From: Thermoprotei archaeon | GTDB taxonomy: Archaea > Thermoproteota > Thermoprotei > Thermoproteales > B15-G16 | Reading direction: 5' to 3' | DNA length: 64,000 nucleotides | Assembly: GCA_003649205.1 (NCBI GenBank) | Contig: QMRC01000002.1 | Span: 192,001-256,000 of the forward strand | Part shown: positions 39,555 to 49,860 of the stretch, piece by piece | How the letters are laid out: each line of letters opens with the position of its first letter | Numbering within the stretch: the first letter of the stretch is position 1 | The notes under the pieces: generated by a model | Told to the model about the DNA's origin: nothing | Database searches by the model: none | The model's input: only the letters and a program-made list of their open reading frames with translations | Position numbers and translations under genes: made by a program

Positions 39555-40346
39555 CTATTGCTTCCTTAACTCAGTCCTAACTAATTGAGCAGCCTTTCTA
39601 GCAGATAGTACTACGGGAGTCATGTCAAGTACAGGTCTTGGTGATCCGAAGACAGCGTTAGCAGCTAAACTGCAGACGACTATACCTGGTAGTACCTTTC
39701 GTGTATTAGCAACCATAGCTCTACTAGCTTCCTCTACCCAGTAACCCCTCAACCCTATAACCGTACCATCTGGGGTAGGTACCTCTAGGTACGGTACACT
39801 TCTTAGTGCAGTCTCAACAACAAGAGCATTTTCCGTCGCATCGACAATAGCTCTAGACCTTATACACATTGTGAAGTTACCAATCTCAACAACAACTCCC
39901 TGAACAACATATTTTTGCAACTCTCTTGCATATAGTACGTCTCTGAAGTTAGCAGGTAGCAGTACCTTGACCTTTCTCTCCAAGCACCTAGCTACGGCCT
40001 TGATCATTAGTGTGTAGAGGTCCATGACTAAGAGGTCCCCTGATGAACACTCCTCTACTAGACCATGCTCCTTGAGTATCTCTATGGCATCTCTCCTGAA
40101 TATGGCAACACCAACCGCACCTTGGTAAGAGTACTTAACCTCGTAAGGTACTGTACCTTGTAGAACGAGCACTACCGAGTGCTCTGTAGCTAAGCCAATT
40201 GCTACCAGCGGTGAGGCTATACTCGATCCAACGATTACGCAATCACATGTTATGTTTGGTGGGTAGTTTGTAGCTATGTACTGAAGAATTGAGTTCAGTA
40301 CCCCGGAATCGCTCATCAATTCGCTGGGCATGATTCTCATCACCAC
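39555..40346 (-). CDS. Degenerate Thi4 (thiazole synthase)-like protein
   Basis: DCVIVG, RAIVDAT, NTRKVLPG, ANAVFGSPR and LSARKAA motifs. Confidence 0.7.
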   Translation of the reverse strand: MVMRIMPSELMSDSGVLNSILQYIATNYPPNITCDCVIVGSSIASPLVAIGLATEHSVVLVLQGTVPYEVKYSYQGAVGVAIFRRDAIEILKEHGLVEECSSGDLLVMDLYTLMIKAVARCLERKVKVLLPANFRDVLYARELQKYVVQGVVVEIGNFTMCIRSRAIVDATENALVVETALRSVPYLEVPTPDGTVIGLRGYWVEEASRAMVANTRKVLPGIVVCSLAANAVFGSPRPVLDMTPVVLSARKAAQLVRTELRKQ

Positions 40347-40381
40347 AGAGTAAATAACCTAATCTCGAACCCGAGTTCACT

Positions 40382-41233
40382 ATGAGACTACTTGTCAAGG
40401 TTTTCTACGATGGTAGGTATTTTGAGGGTTACGCAAGACAACCAGGTAAGGATACCATTGAACAGCACATTATCGACGCACTAATCGATTGCGGGTACAT
40501 ACGAACAGCTAAAGAATCTAGATTTCAATCAGCTTCGAGAACAGATCCCGGTGTATCAGCTATATCTCAGGTAATATGCTTCACAACAGATAGAACCACG
40601 TTCTACGTCATGGAGGTAAATGATAGACTTCCACAGCAGATAACGCTGTGGTCCTATACGCGAGTTCCACAAGACTTCAATTTACGTAGAGCTATAGCCT
40701 ATAGATTCTACAAGTACTTCAAGAAGTACGAGGGTGAGGACATTAGCTCTATGAGTGAAGCAGCTAGGCTATTGATCGGATACCATGACTTTAGGCATCT
40801 CTGTGTTGTCGATAAGAGGAGACCAGTAACTAGGACTAAAGTGTACTGTGTTGCTGTTAAGCACATACGTACTTTAGATCTCTTGGTATTTGACTTCGTA
40901 GGTAGGTTCTTTCTCAATAAAATGATTAGAAAGTGTGTATCTGCACTCGAGATGGTTGGTAAGGGTCTACTCAGTATTGATGAATTTCGTAAAGTAATTG
41001 ATAGTGAGATTAAGCCAAAAGCATCCATACCGCCAGCACCAGCTAGTGGATTAGTTTTAGTGGATGTTGGATTACCTATTAGATCTAGGTTTATTGTTTC
41101 CAGACAGGCACTTAAGAGGATAAGGAGGTACCTCAGGACTACAGTACAGGAGCTTTGGTCATGTACCTCCGCACTAAGCTATATTTACGATATGATGCTC
41201 GATGTCGGTAGTAGCGTTGGGCATATTTATTAA
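40382..41233 (+). CDS. truA: tRNA pseudouridine(38-40) synthase
   Basis: YDG..GYARQ, ASRTDPGVSA, GYHDF, FLNKMIR and APASGL motifs. Confidence 0.93.
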   Translation: MRLLVKVFYDGRYFEGYARQPGKDTIEQHIIDALIDCGYIRTAKESRFQSASRTDPGVSAISQVICFTTDRTTFYVMEVNDRLPQQITLWSYTRVPQDFNLRRAIAYRFYKYFKKYEGEDISSMSEAARLLIGYHDFRHLCVVDKRRPVTRTKVYCVAVKHIRTLDLLVFDFVGRFFLNKMIRKCVSALEMVGKGLLSIDEFRKVIDSEIKPKASIPPAPASGLVLVDVGLPIRSRFIVSRQALKRIRRYLRTTVQELWSCTSALSYIYDMMLDVGSSVGHIY

Positions 41234-41266
41234 CCCTGAAGCAGTACTTAACTCGGTGCACTACTG

Positions 41267-41983
41267 ATGAGGTACTTGCAGAGGTACCTATACTACTACG
41301 GTGATGAGAGGTATATTGTAGGTACGTGGTTGAGGTCATTACTGTACTACAAAGACTCGTCTCTTAGCTCGTACGAAGTTTCACTCATGTCTCAGGTAGC
41401 TTATAGTGACTTGCTCAATTACCTCCTAGTTAAGTGGGGCATACTACGTAGACAGAGAGGTAGTGGTGATCCACTACTTCTTCTAAGTGAGAGACTGAAT
41501 TACGAGTTACGTACTAGACCAATGAAGTTGTATAAGTTAATTGATGACTGGTTGGATTTCTGGTTAGTTAAGTGGAGACAAAGAGTGAAGTTAGTTTTTA
41601 GTGAGTCAGAGCTTGAGAGTGCTAGTTTAAAGGAGTTGATTAGCGAGGTTGAGCCTGTCATCAGTAGGTTAGATGACTTAGTTACTAAGTTGTATAGAGC
41701 ACTTCTCCCTAAGCTCATAGACGTACTCGAGATATGTTTCACTAATGTGGTTCTCGATGGCTTGATTAAGACTGAAATTAAGAGAATGCTTGATGAGGCG
41801 GGTCTGAGGAGTGTTAGTGTCGAGAGTAAGGTTAAGTATATTCGAAGACATAAGGCTGTACTATACAGGAGATTAGTCAATAGGATACGTGAGCTACCAA
41901 AGCTCTCGGTACCACTGGTAATTTTGAGAGTTGATAGATCGATATTGGTTGGCAGTGATGTGAAGCCACTTCTCTACACGTAA
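41267..41983 (+). CDS. Hypothetical protein (start may be ATG 41387)
   Basis: Long helical ORF with Trp-rich motif WLDFWLVKWRQR. Confidence 0.65.
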   Translation: MRYLQRYLYYYGDERYIVGTWLRSLLYYKDSSLSSYEVSLMSQVAYSDLLNYLLVKWGILRRQRGSGDPLLLLSERLNYELRTRPMKLYKLIDDWLDFWLVKWRQRVKLVFSESELESASLKELISEVEPVISRLDDLVTKLYRALLPKLIDVLEICFTNVVLDGLIKTEIKRMLDEAGLRSVSVESKVKYIRRHKAVLYRRLVNRIRELPKLSVPLVILRVDRSILVGSDVKPLLYT

Positions 41984-42744
41984 TCCAGTATAGATGGCTT
42001 TCCTCTCACTACCTCACCTGTAGCTCTTTTAACCTCAACTAACTTAAGATCAGGTAACTCAATAACTGTTATACCTTTTCTCGCAGGAAGTGAAGTACTT
42101 ACGAAAAGTGTAGAGCCTATCCTCAGCTCAGTGACCTTAGCATTATGAGCATGAGCATAGAGCACTAGGTCAACCTTACTCTCTAGAACGACTCTCTCCA
42201 TAGCTTGTGAACCCATTTCAGGCCATATTCTCCTATCCTCACCTTCGAGTAACTTGAATGAAGGTACGTAGTGGGTTAACAGTATCAGTACATCGACTGA
42301 ACTCCTCAACCTCTTAAGCTCACTCTCTATGACCTTTAGCCTCTCAGAGTATACCCTGTATATGTTGGGTATGTGTTTTCTCTGCCATGAGGTAGGTCTA
42401 TCGAGTACACCTCTAGTACCAACTACACCTACCTTAACCCCATTAATCATCAGTACTATCGACGAATCGTCAAGCCACGTAATTTCCGGATACATCTCCT
42501 TCAGCTTGTCCTTAACATCATCGTACTCCTCATTACCGAAACAAGCTAGTATCCTAACACCTCTCCACTTCTCGTTTAGCAATGTAAGGACCTCACGAAG
42601 GTGCTCAACACGACCCCGATATATGATGTCGCCCGACAATAGTACCAAGTTTGGAACTACAGTAATTTCCTGAAGGCATGCTCTTAGGAGGTTGATGTAC
42701 TTTGGTGAGTGAACGTCACCGAAGGCTACGAGAATCGGAGACAT
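41974..42744 (-). CDS. Metallophosphoesterase (calcineurin-like)
   Basis: GDVH, SGD, GNEE, THY and AHAH motifs; GGAGGT before ATG 42744. Confidence 0.9.
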   Translation of the reverse strand: MSPILVAFGDVHSPKYINLLRACLQEITVVPNLVLLSGDIIYRGRVEHLREVLTLLNEKWRGVRILACFGNEEYDDVKDKLKEMYPEITWLDDSSIVLMINGVKVGVVGTRGVLDRPTSWQRKHIPNIYRVYSERLKVIESELKRLRSSVDVLILLTHYVPSFKLLEGEDRRIWPEMGSQAMERVVLESKVDLVLYAHAHNAKVTELRIGSTLFVSTSLPARKGITVIELPDLKLVEVKRATGEVVRGKPSILDYV

Positions 42745-42759
42745 TATCGATACCTCCAT

Positions 42760-42830
42760 GATTGTGAAGGGCGCCCAAAGACAACCGTGTTCATCGGAAG
42801 CCAGAGCTACCTCACACGGTTGGGAGGCCC
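42760..42830 (-). ncRNA. H/ACA pseudouridylation guide RNA
   Basis: GGGC/GCCC lower stem, pocket, 9-bp CAACCGTGT/ACACGGTTG stem, GA..CGATGA K-turn, ACA box; TTTTAAG about 25 nt upstream. Confidence 0.75.
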
Positions 42831-42871
42831 AATTACTAAAGCTTAATTGACAACTTAAAAACTATACCCCT

Positions 42872-42991
42872 TTAGGCGCGAAAGTACTTACCACAGCTCA
42901 AGCATTTGACCAATTTACCCTTCTCTCCATAGTCGCGTACCACAACCACATTAGTTGAACCACATCTGCACTTGAGCTCCTTATTCCGCAT
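42872..42991 (-). CDS. 39-aa zinc-ribbon microprotein (absent from ORF track)
   Basis: GAGGT then ATG; MRNKELKCRCGSTNVVVVRDYGEKGKLVKCLSCGKYFRA. Confidence 0.7.
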   Translation of the reverse strand: MRNKELKCRCGSTNVVVVRDYGEKGKLVKCLSCGKYFRA

Positions 42992-43055
42992 ATGTGCTAC
43001 CTCGTGGATTCTACGATGTGTGAAAACTGAATAAATCCTTTGCTCTACTCGTAAA

Positions 43056-43484
43056 CTACATCACACCTGTTGAAGTTGTTTGCTTTACTTGCTGTGGCTG
43101 TGGTGTCGGTATTGGTGGTGGTAGTCCAAGTTCACGAGAGAAGAGAAGCACCTCGAAGTAACAGTGCTGGAATACAGCTGTGAATATTGGCTGTGGAACA
43201 ATACCCTTCTCAAGATCTTTCATCAACTTCTCTAGTGAAGTTTCATCACTAAACCTAACCTCAGCAACACCCTTAACTGTCATTGTGAGTACAGGTGGTG
43301 ATGTTGAGACAGTTAGTGTGAAAGGTAGTATTACCCTCGTGCCCTCTCTAATTACCTGACCAGAGGGAAGTGCTAGCTGTAGCTGCATCTGTAGTTGACC
43401 ACCTACCATATTCACTAGCTTCTCTGCATGTATGTAGTTAAGTGCTATAGATAGCTGAAACTTACTCTCCACAGATCCCACCAC
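43056..43484 (-). CDS. Hypothetical protein, possible SecB-like fold
   Basis: Four strand-like segments, two helices and a GLPPPIP tail. Confidence 0.6.
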   Translation of the reverse strand: MVGSVESKFQLSIALNYIHAEKLVNMVGGQLQMQLQLALPSGQVIREGTRVILPFTLTVSTSPPVLTMTVKGVAEVRFSDETSLEKLMKDLEKGIVPQPIFTAVFQHCYFEVLLFSRELGLPPPIPTPQPQQVKQTTSTGVM

Positions 43485-43593
43485 ACTAATGCAATCAGTA
43501 CTATATGCATGATGGTATGACGATCTTTTAAGTGTTCACACTCCAAATAGAGTGAGTTAATTAGAGAGATAACTTGGTAGAGATTGATAAGTC

Positions 43594-46434
43594 GTGACCA
43601 CAGCATTTGATCTACTACATCCAAAACTCAGGAACGTATTACCGAAGTTTGGGTACGAGAGGCCTACTCCAGTTCAGGAAAGAGCAATACCTACGATACT
43701 TGCCGGACACCATACACTAATCGTGGCACCTACTGGTACAGGTAAGACAGAAGCAGCTATGTTCCCTGTAATTAGTAGACTACTGGAGTTGAGAGATAGG
43801 GGTGAGCTAGGTAGAGGAACCTACGTCCTCTACATAACTCCACTTAGAGCACTGAATAGGGATATCTTGAGGAGGATGAAGGATCTAGCTGAGGTACTCG
43901 GTCTTAAGGTTGCCATTAGGCATGGTGATACGCCTGAAGTTGAGAGGAGAAGACAAGTTAAGGAACCTCCAACGATCTTGATAACTACACCAGAGACCCT
44001 TCAGTTTATTATTGTTGGTAAGAAGTTGAGAGAGACATTGAGATCTCTTAGATGGGTTATTGTTGATGAAGTACATGAGATAATGTACGATAAACGTGGA
44101 ACACAGCTATCACTTGCTCTCGAACGTCTAGTTGATGTTGTTGAGAGAGAGTTCCAGAGGATTGGTTTATCAGCGACGATAGGCGACGTAGAGCTAGCTA
44201 GGAGGTTCTTAGGTGGTACCTCGAGAAGGGTTGAGGTCATTAATGTCGGTGCTGAGCGAAAATTAGATGTCCGTGTTGAGTGGGTTTACTCACGTGAAGA
44301 TCCTAGTGACGAGAGGAAGAACCTCGAAGCTAGATTGGATAGGATACGTGAGATTATTGCTGAATCTACTTCAGTTCTACTCTTCACCAACACCAGAGAT
44401 ACAGCTGAATCACTTGCAGTGAAGTTACGTAATTTGGAGGTAGATGCTAGAGTTCACCATGGTTCACTATCTCGAGAGTACAGGGAACGTGTCGAGTATG
44501 AGTTCAAGGTTGGTGATGTTAGGACCGTAGTGTGTACCTCTAGTCTTGAGCTTGGTATTGACATTGGTCACGTAGATCTAGTCATTCAGTACATGAGCCC
44601 AAGACAAGTAACAAGACTAATCCAGAGAGTAGGGAGAAGCAAGCATAGATTAGGTGAAGCAGCTAAGGGTATAGTCATGACAGCTGACCTAGATGATACT
44701 CTCGAGGCCATGGTTATTGCTAGGAGGGCAGTACAGGGAAAGCTAGAGAAGTTTAGACCTCACTTCAATGCTCTAGATGTCCTAGCTCACCAAGTAATTG
44801 GTTACCTCCTAGTCAAGAGGGTAGCTACCATAGACGAGCTATATGAGCTAGCTAGGAGATCTTATCTGTACTCTAGACTAAGGTTAGAGGACTTAGTTAA
44901 GGTACTGAGATTCCTCGAGGAAATTAGATACATTAAGTTCATTGACGAGAAGACAGTTAGGTTGAGGAGAGGTACCTACAGGTACTACTTTGAGAGCGCA
45001 TCCATGATACCTGACGTGAGACACTACAGAGTAATTGACATAGCTTCAGGAAGTACGGTAGGTGAGCTAGATGAGGACTTCGTTGCTGTGTATTGTGAAC
45101 CTGGGTTCAAATTCATATTGGGAGGTTCGGTTTGGGAGGTTGTATCAGTAGATCATGATAACTTCAAGGTAAGTGTTGAACCAGCTGGAGACACGATAGG
45201 GGCTGTACCAGCTTGGATAGGCGAAGAAATTCCAGTACCTTTTGAAGTAGCGCAGGAAGTAGGTGAAGTTAGGTCAAGGATCCTCAGCTACATTGAAGAG
45301 GGTAGAGCTAAGGAAGCTATAGACTACCTAGTGCATGAGTATCCCTGTACAAGAGCAACAGCAGAGAGAGTAGTTGATGAACTACTTAAACAGCATAGTT
45401 CAGGAATACCAACAGCAACACACAGTACAGTTGTAATTGAAAGTCAAGGCAGAATTCACGTAATACATGCTTGCTTTGGTACTAAAGTTAATGAGACACT
45501 GGCACACCTAATACCAGTTGTACTACAGAGGAAGTACTACATATCAGCAGTAGCACGTCGAGATCCATACAGAATACTCGTAATCACCACGAGACCTGTG
45601 AGAGTAGATGTAGTGCTTGATTCACTACTCAGCATAGACAGTGTAGAGGAGCTACTTGTTGAAGCGATTAAGGGTAGTAAGCTCTTTCTCTGGAGACTAT
45701 TCCACGTAGCTAGGAGATTCGGATTACTTACAAAGGACGCAACAATGAAGGATATCAGGAAGATCTACGAATCGATAAGAGACACTGTAGTCGAGGAAGA
45801 AGCAATTCGAGAATTACTCACAGATACATTCGACGTAAGCAAGACAGAGAAAGTACTCGACCTAATCAAGAGTAAAAGCATCGAGATAAAGGCAGTGGAG
45901 GTAACCACATTTTCATCATTATCAACCCCAATACTCTACACCTACATGAGACTAAACTACGTACCAGCAACAGCAACACCCTCAGTACTTGTAGACCTAG
46001 TTAAAAAGAGAATAAATGAGAGAGAAGTCAAGCTCCTATGCATAAGGTGTCTTAAGTGGTGCTACGACGTGAAGGTAAAGTACGTACCAGATGACATCAA
46101 GTGCCCAGTCTGCGGTGCTAGGACAATAGCCGTCTTACACCCAAGAGACGATCTGAATAGAGTAATCAAGCTACTTACCGAGACCAAGACAAAAACCAAG
46201 AAGAAGCTAAGTAAAGAAGATCAAAAACTTCTCGAGAGAGTTAGGAAAACAGCACTCCTCGTACTAAATTACGGAAAGAGAGCAGTAATAGCACTAGCAG
46301 GGAGAGGAATTGGACCAGCAACAGCAGTAAAGATATTGAATAAGGCTAGAGAAGCAGGTGAAGAAGCACTATACCTAGCAATACTTGAAGCAGAACGAGA
46401 ATACGCAAGAACAAGACCATTCTGGGAAGACTAA
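43594..46434 (+). CDS. lhr: Lhr-family DEAD/H helicase, paralog 2
   Basis: Same SF2 motifs and C-terminal Zn finger as 9684-12563; ends TRPFWED. Confidence 0.92.
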   Translation: MTTAFDLLHPKLRNVLPKFGYERPTPVQERAIPTILAGHHTLIVAPTGTGKTEAAMFPVISRLLELRDRGELGRGTYVLYITPLRALNRDILRRMKDLAEVLGLKVAIRHGDTPEVERRRQVKEPPTILITTPETLQFIIVGKKLRETLRSLRWVIVDEVHEIMYDKRGTQLSLALERLVDVVEREFQRIGLSATIGDVELARRFLGGTSRRVEVINVGAERKLDVRVEWVYSREDPSDERKNLEARLDRIREIIAESTSVLLFTNTRDTAESLAVKLRNLEVDARVHHGSLSREYRERVEYEFKVGDVRTVVCTSSLELGIDIGHVDLVIQYMSPRQVTRLIQRVGRSKHRLGEAAKGIVMTADLDDTLEAMVIARRAVQGKLEKFRPHFNALDVLAHQVIGYLLVKRVATIDELYELARRSYLYSRLRLEDLVKVLRFLEEIRYIKFIDEKTVRLRRGTYRYYFESASMIPDVRHYRVIDIASGSTVGELDEDFVAVYCEPGFKFILGGSVWEVVSVDHDNFKVSVEPAGDTIGAVPAWIGEEIPVPFEVAQEVGEVRSRILSYIEEGRAKEAIDYLVHEYPCTRATAERVVDELLKQHSSGIPTATHSTVVIESQGRIHVIHACFGTKVNETLAHLIPVVLQRKYYISAVARRDPYRILVITTRPVRVDVVLDSLLSIDSVEELLVEAIKGSKLFLWRLFHVARRFGLLTKDATMKDIRKIYESIRDTVVEEEAIRELLTDTFDVSKTEKVLDLIKSKSIEIKAVEVTTFSSLSTPILYTYMRLNYVPATATPSVLVDLVKKRINEREVKLLCIRCLKWCYDVKVKYVPDDIKCPVCGARTIAVLHPRDDLNRVIKLLTETKTKTKKKLSKEDQKLLERVRKTALLVLNYGKRAVIALAGRGIGPATAVKILNKAREAGEEALYLAILEAEREYARTRPFWED
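44533..44612 (+). repeat. 80-nt exact repeat, copy 2
   Basis: Identical to 10650-10729. Confidence 0.9.
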
Positions 46435-46505
46435 GAGCTAGAGCAGGCTATAAACCATGACATAAAAGAGAAATAACCCCCTAAACCTCACAACAAGTAG
46501 AAAAC

Positions 46506-46596
46506 GGCCCCGTCGTCTAGCGGTTAGGATGCCCGCCTTACGAGCACCTGCTGAGAGAGCGGGAGGTCCCGGGTTCGAATCCCGGCGGGGCCACCA
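46506..46596 (+). tRNA. tRNA-Val(TAC) with 15-nt intron 46543-46557
   Basis: CCCGC-CTTACG^A-GCGGG; BHB central helix CTTA/TGAG; encoded CCA. Confidence 0.95.
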
Positions 46597-46802
46597 AATC
46601 AATACACTTCGTAAACCCCTCCCTCGGTAGCTCCTATACCTATAGCACCTAACCTAAGCTGTCAGCTACTCAAGATTACTTACTCCAGTTTCTTACTCCT
46701 GATCTGTTCTTTTCGTTTGATGTCCTGTTCGTATGCTTGAGAGAAAGTTTATTTACTCTCTTCACCTGCCTCCTCGCAGGATTGAGGTAGAGTTGGTGTG
46801 GT

Positions 46803-47585
46803 TTGTTCCCTATGGTTACTCTAGTAGCCTTTCTCCTAGTCGTATTCTTCTCAATAATAATTGTCAGGATTGGTACTGTTGCTCTTCAGATGACTGGTCT
46901 ATCTAGAGATGTTGCTGCTTTCCAGGCTCAATCCGCTTTCTCAGGTGTTGGCTTTACCACCTCTGAATCTGAGTACGTTGTTTCTCATCCCGTTAGGAGA
47001 AGGATTATCAGGATCCTTATGTTGCTTGGTAGTGCTGGTTTCACATCTGCTATTACGACTCTTGTACTTACCTTCATCGGTAAGACTCCTGAGGAGATGG
47101 CTTACAGAGGTATGTGGTTAGCGATCTGTTTAGCTGGTCTCTACTTCTTTGCTAAATCTAAACTCGTTGATAGGGGTCTGTCCTGGGTTATTGAGAGGGC
47201 ACTTAGGAGGTTCACTAGCTTAAGAGTTTGCGATTACGAGCAGTTGCTTGGTCTCAGTAAGGGATTTACTGTCTGTCAGTTCAGGGTTAAGGAAGATAGT
47301 TGGTTAGCTGGTAGGAAGTTAAGGGATCTCAAGCTAGATGAGGAGGGTGTCCTCGTCCTAGCTATCTATAGGAGGGTTGGTGGCGAGGAGAAGTTTATTG
47401 GTGCCCCTAGGGGCGATACCGAGATTCTCCCTGGTGATGTATTGGTGTGCTATGGTCCTGAAGAAGCTATTAGGAATCTCTCCATTAGGATCAAGGGTGC
47501 TAAGGGTGATGCAGAACACCTTGAAGCCATTAGGAAGGAGCAGATCAGGAGACGCATGAGAGAACTATCTGGAGGATACGATTAG
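46803..47585 (+). CDS. Membrane protein with TrkA-C (RCK_C) domain
   Basis: FQAQSAFSGVGFTTSESE, HPVRRRII and a C-terminal RCK_C pattern. Confidence 0.85.
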   Translation: MFPMVTLVAFLLVVFFSIIIVRIGTVALQMTGLSRDVAAFQAQSAFSGVGFTTSESEYVVSHPVRRRIIRILMLLGSAGFTSAITTLVLTFIGKTPEEMAYRGMWLAICLAGLYFFAKSKLVDRGLSWVIERALRRFTSLRVCDYEQLLGLSKGFTVCQFRVKEDSWLAGRKLRDLKLDEEGVLVLAIYRRVGGEEKFIGAPRGDTEILPGDVLVCYGPEEAIRNLSIRIKGAKGDAEHLEAIRKEQIRRRMRELSGGYD

Positions 47586-47642
47586 CTACTTTTTCTTCCT
47601 ACTTCGTTTTACTGATGTAGTTAGTTACTGAATTTCTTCAAC

Positions 47643-48107
47643 TTAAAGTACTATGAGATATATCTCGAGTATAGTGTTTGGCTTGTTCCTGAGTACGTTA
47701 ATTAATTCTCTACTGATGTCACATGCTGCTTTACTCGCTCTTACACCTAGGGTCCTATCGTCAATGTATGTGCTTCTCCTCACTACTATTGACTTAGGGT
47801 TGCTTAGTGTAAGTTCTCTAGATCCCCACGCCTCAACTACATCAACTATCTTCCCTACCCTTAGGACTAGTAGTAGCTTTCTACCATCTCTAATATACTT
47901 CTTAACTCTTGGATCTAGGTCACGTACCGACTTGTTAGCGTTTACACCCACTATGCAAGTACCTCTAGGTGTTAGGTATGGCTCCTTAGTTACCTCTAAT
48001 GTTGTTCTGTGAGTTGCTGTTATCAGTGGATGTCCCTGTGCTTTAATGGTGTCGATTGCTACGTAGCTTAGACTCTTCAGTATCTCAGTTAGGTGAGGAT
48101 CTCTCAT
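47643..48107 (-). CDS. DUF371 family protein
   Basis: GHPLITATHRTTLEVTKE and LTPRGxCI motifs. Confidence 0.88.
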   Translation of the reverse strand: MRDPHLTEILKSLSYVAIDTIKAQGHPLITATHRTTLEVTKEPYLTPRGTCIVGVNANKSVRDLDPRVKKYIRDGRKLLLVLRVGKIVDVVEAWGSRELTLSNPKSIVVRRSTYIDDRTLGVRASKAACDISRELINVLRNKPNTILEIYLIVL

Positions 48108-48116
48108 CTAGGGATA

Positions 48117-48800
48117 CTAGGGTGAACCGTACTTACCTCTCAATTTAACAAAGACGCAGTACGTTATGAATTTCCTACGTATTTCACCACTCTCAGTCTT
48201 CTCTATGAGGAGAAGTTCCTGCGTCCAACCTCTCTCTACAGGTATTACCATTCTACCTCCAGGTGCTAGCTGTTCGATGAGTGGTTCAGGTACTCTCGGT
48301 GCCGCTGCTGTTACAAGTATTGCGTTGTAGGGTGCATACTCGGGATAGCCTTCACTACCATCACCGCATACTACCTTGACTCTATCTATGTACCCTGTCC
48401 TAGTTAGGTTCTCTATTGCGTACCTAACTAATTCAGGAAATATCTCGATGCTAACTACAAATCCTTTCTTCTCTGAGTACTTCGGTGCAACGATTTCTGC
48501 ACAGAGTGCTGCGTGGTATCCTGTTCCCGTACCTATTTCCAATACCTTATCTCCCTCCTTTAGCTGTAGTGCTTCGCACATTATTGCACACATGTGTGGT
48601 GCTGATATTGTTTGGTTAAGGAATGTCGGTAATGGGTTATCTAGGTATGAGTAGAGTCTGTGTTGGTAGGTCACGAACTCTTCTCTTGGTACTACGAGAA
48701 ATGCTCTGATGACGTTTGGTGACTTAAGTACTCCTTCCTCCATTAGCATCTGTACTAATCTCTTCCTCTGTCTTAAGAAGGCTTGTTTATCGAGCATCAT
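48117..48800 (-). CDS. pcm: Protein-L-isoaspartate O-methyltransferase
   Basis: QTISAPHM, VLEIGTGTGY and APYNAILVTAA motifs. Confidence 0.93.
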   Translation of the reverse strand: MMLDKQAFLRQRKRLVQMLMEEGVLKSPNVIRAFLVVPREEFVTYQHRLYSYLDNPLPTFLNQTISAPHMCAIMCEALQLKEGDKVLEIGTGTGYHAALCAEIVAPKYSEKKGFVVSIEIFPELVRYAIENLTRTGYIDRVKVVCGDGSEGYPEYAPYNAILVTAAAPRVPEPLIEQLAPGGRMVIPVERGWTQELLLIEKTESGEIRRKFITYCVFVKLRGKYGSP

Positions 48801-48801
48801 C

Positions 48802-49845
48802 TCAGAACCAAGCCTCTAGACTACTCTGTGTCTTAATCTCTCTGAGTGCTTTAATCGCACGGTCAAGTGCTCTCTCTACTCGATCTCTTGAAAAGTCATG
48901 TTCATAGCACAGAAACCTAATGACTGCTTGCTTATCGGGTTCTCTCCACTCAAGTACGTACCTATCTGTTACACTTGGATTTAGAAACCATTCCCTAATC
49001 TTAAGTGGTTCTACTGGGAACTTAGCATTCTTTAGGTATGGTGTATTTAGTAGCTTCTCAAGTGATCCAAATTGTCTTATCAATCTTAGTGCTGTCTTGG
49101 GCCCTATACCTGGTACACCATCTGGATTGTAGTCTGTACCTAGTAGTATTGCTATGTCGATTAGCTGCTCCCTAGTTAGCTTCAAGTCCTTGAGCACATC
49201 ATCGAGAGCGATGAGTTCGGGCTTTACCTCTATGTACACATCCTTACCTGGTAACTTCCTCCTACCTGTAATAGTTAGGTTTCTAACTAGTCTAGGTGCA
49301 CCATAGAGTAGTGCATCGTAGTCTTGACTAGCTGCTGCCCATACATCTCCTTTTCTAGCCATGTAGGCTGCCTGTGCTTCACCTTCTGACGGTGCTTGTA
49401 CCCACGGTATACCCATGTATGTGAGTAGCTCTTTAGCGTCCTTAACCATCTCATCAGTTAGCTTAGAGGCTTGCTGTGCATACTTCTTAGCTGCTGCTAA
49501 GTCTCCTCTAGCTATTGCCTCTTCATACTTCTTCAGTGCTTCTTCCTTCATGGTCTTTCTCTTCAGTATCTCAATAGCTTTCATCTCTGGCGGCTTACCA
49601 TCAAATACGTACACTGGCTTAATACCGTGCTCAAGTAAGTTCACAGTCCGGTACAGTAGGCCGCTTAGGTGACTTGTAATCCTTCCTTTTGAATCCATTA
49701 GTGGTGTACCGTTAGGCTGCCTTATAGATGCCAGGAACTGATAGAGTGCGTTGTAGGCGTCTAGTGCAATAGCCTTACCTCTCAGCTGCTCCAGATCAAT
49801 GGTTGATCTCTTCGTTATTAGTTCACCAAAGTTCTTTACACCCAC
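48802..49845 (-). CDS. fen: Flap endonuclease 1
   Basis: MGV start, [23 protein letters not shown] and PIP box QSSLEAWF. Confidence 0.97.
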   Translation of the reverse strand: MGVKNFGELITKRSTIDLEQLRGKAIALDAYNALYQFLASIRQPNGTPLMDSKGRITSHLSGLLYRTVNLLEHGIKPVYVFDGKPPEMKAIEILKRKTMKEEALKKYEEAIARGDLAAAKKYAQQASKLTDEMVKDAKELLTYMGIPWVQAPSEGEAQAAYMARKGDVWAAASQDYDALLYGAPRLVRNLTITGRRKLPGKDVYIEVKPELIALDDVLKDLKLTREQLIDIAILLGTDYNPDGVPGIGPKTALRLIRQFGSLEKLLNTPYLKNAKFPVEPLKIREWFLNPSVTDRYVLEWREPDKQAVIRFLCYEHDFSRDRVERALDRAIKALREIKTQSSLEAWF

Positions 49846-49860
49846 GTTATGACCCTCATC

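Noticed and set aside
41263-41333. Two TGATGA motifs with CAGA and TTGA
   Set aside because: Spacer lengths (8, 18 and 22 nt) do not fit a C/D RNA; may be coding sequence or a decayed duplication
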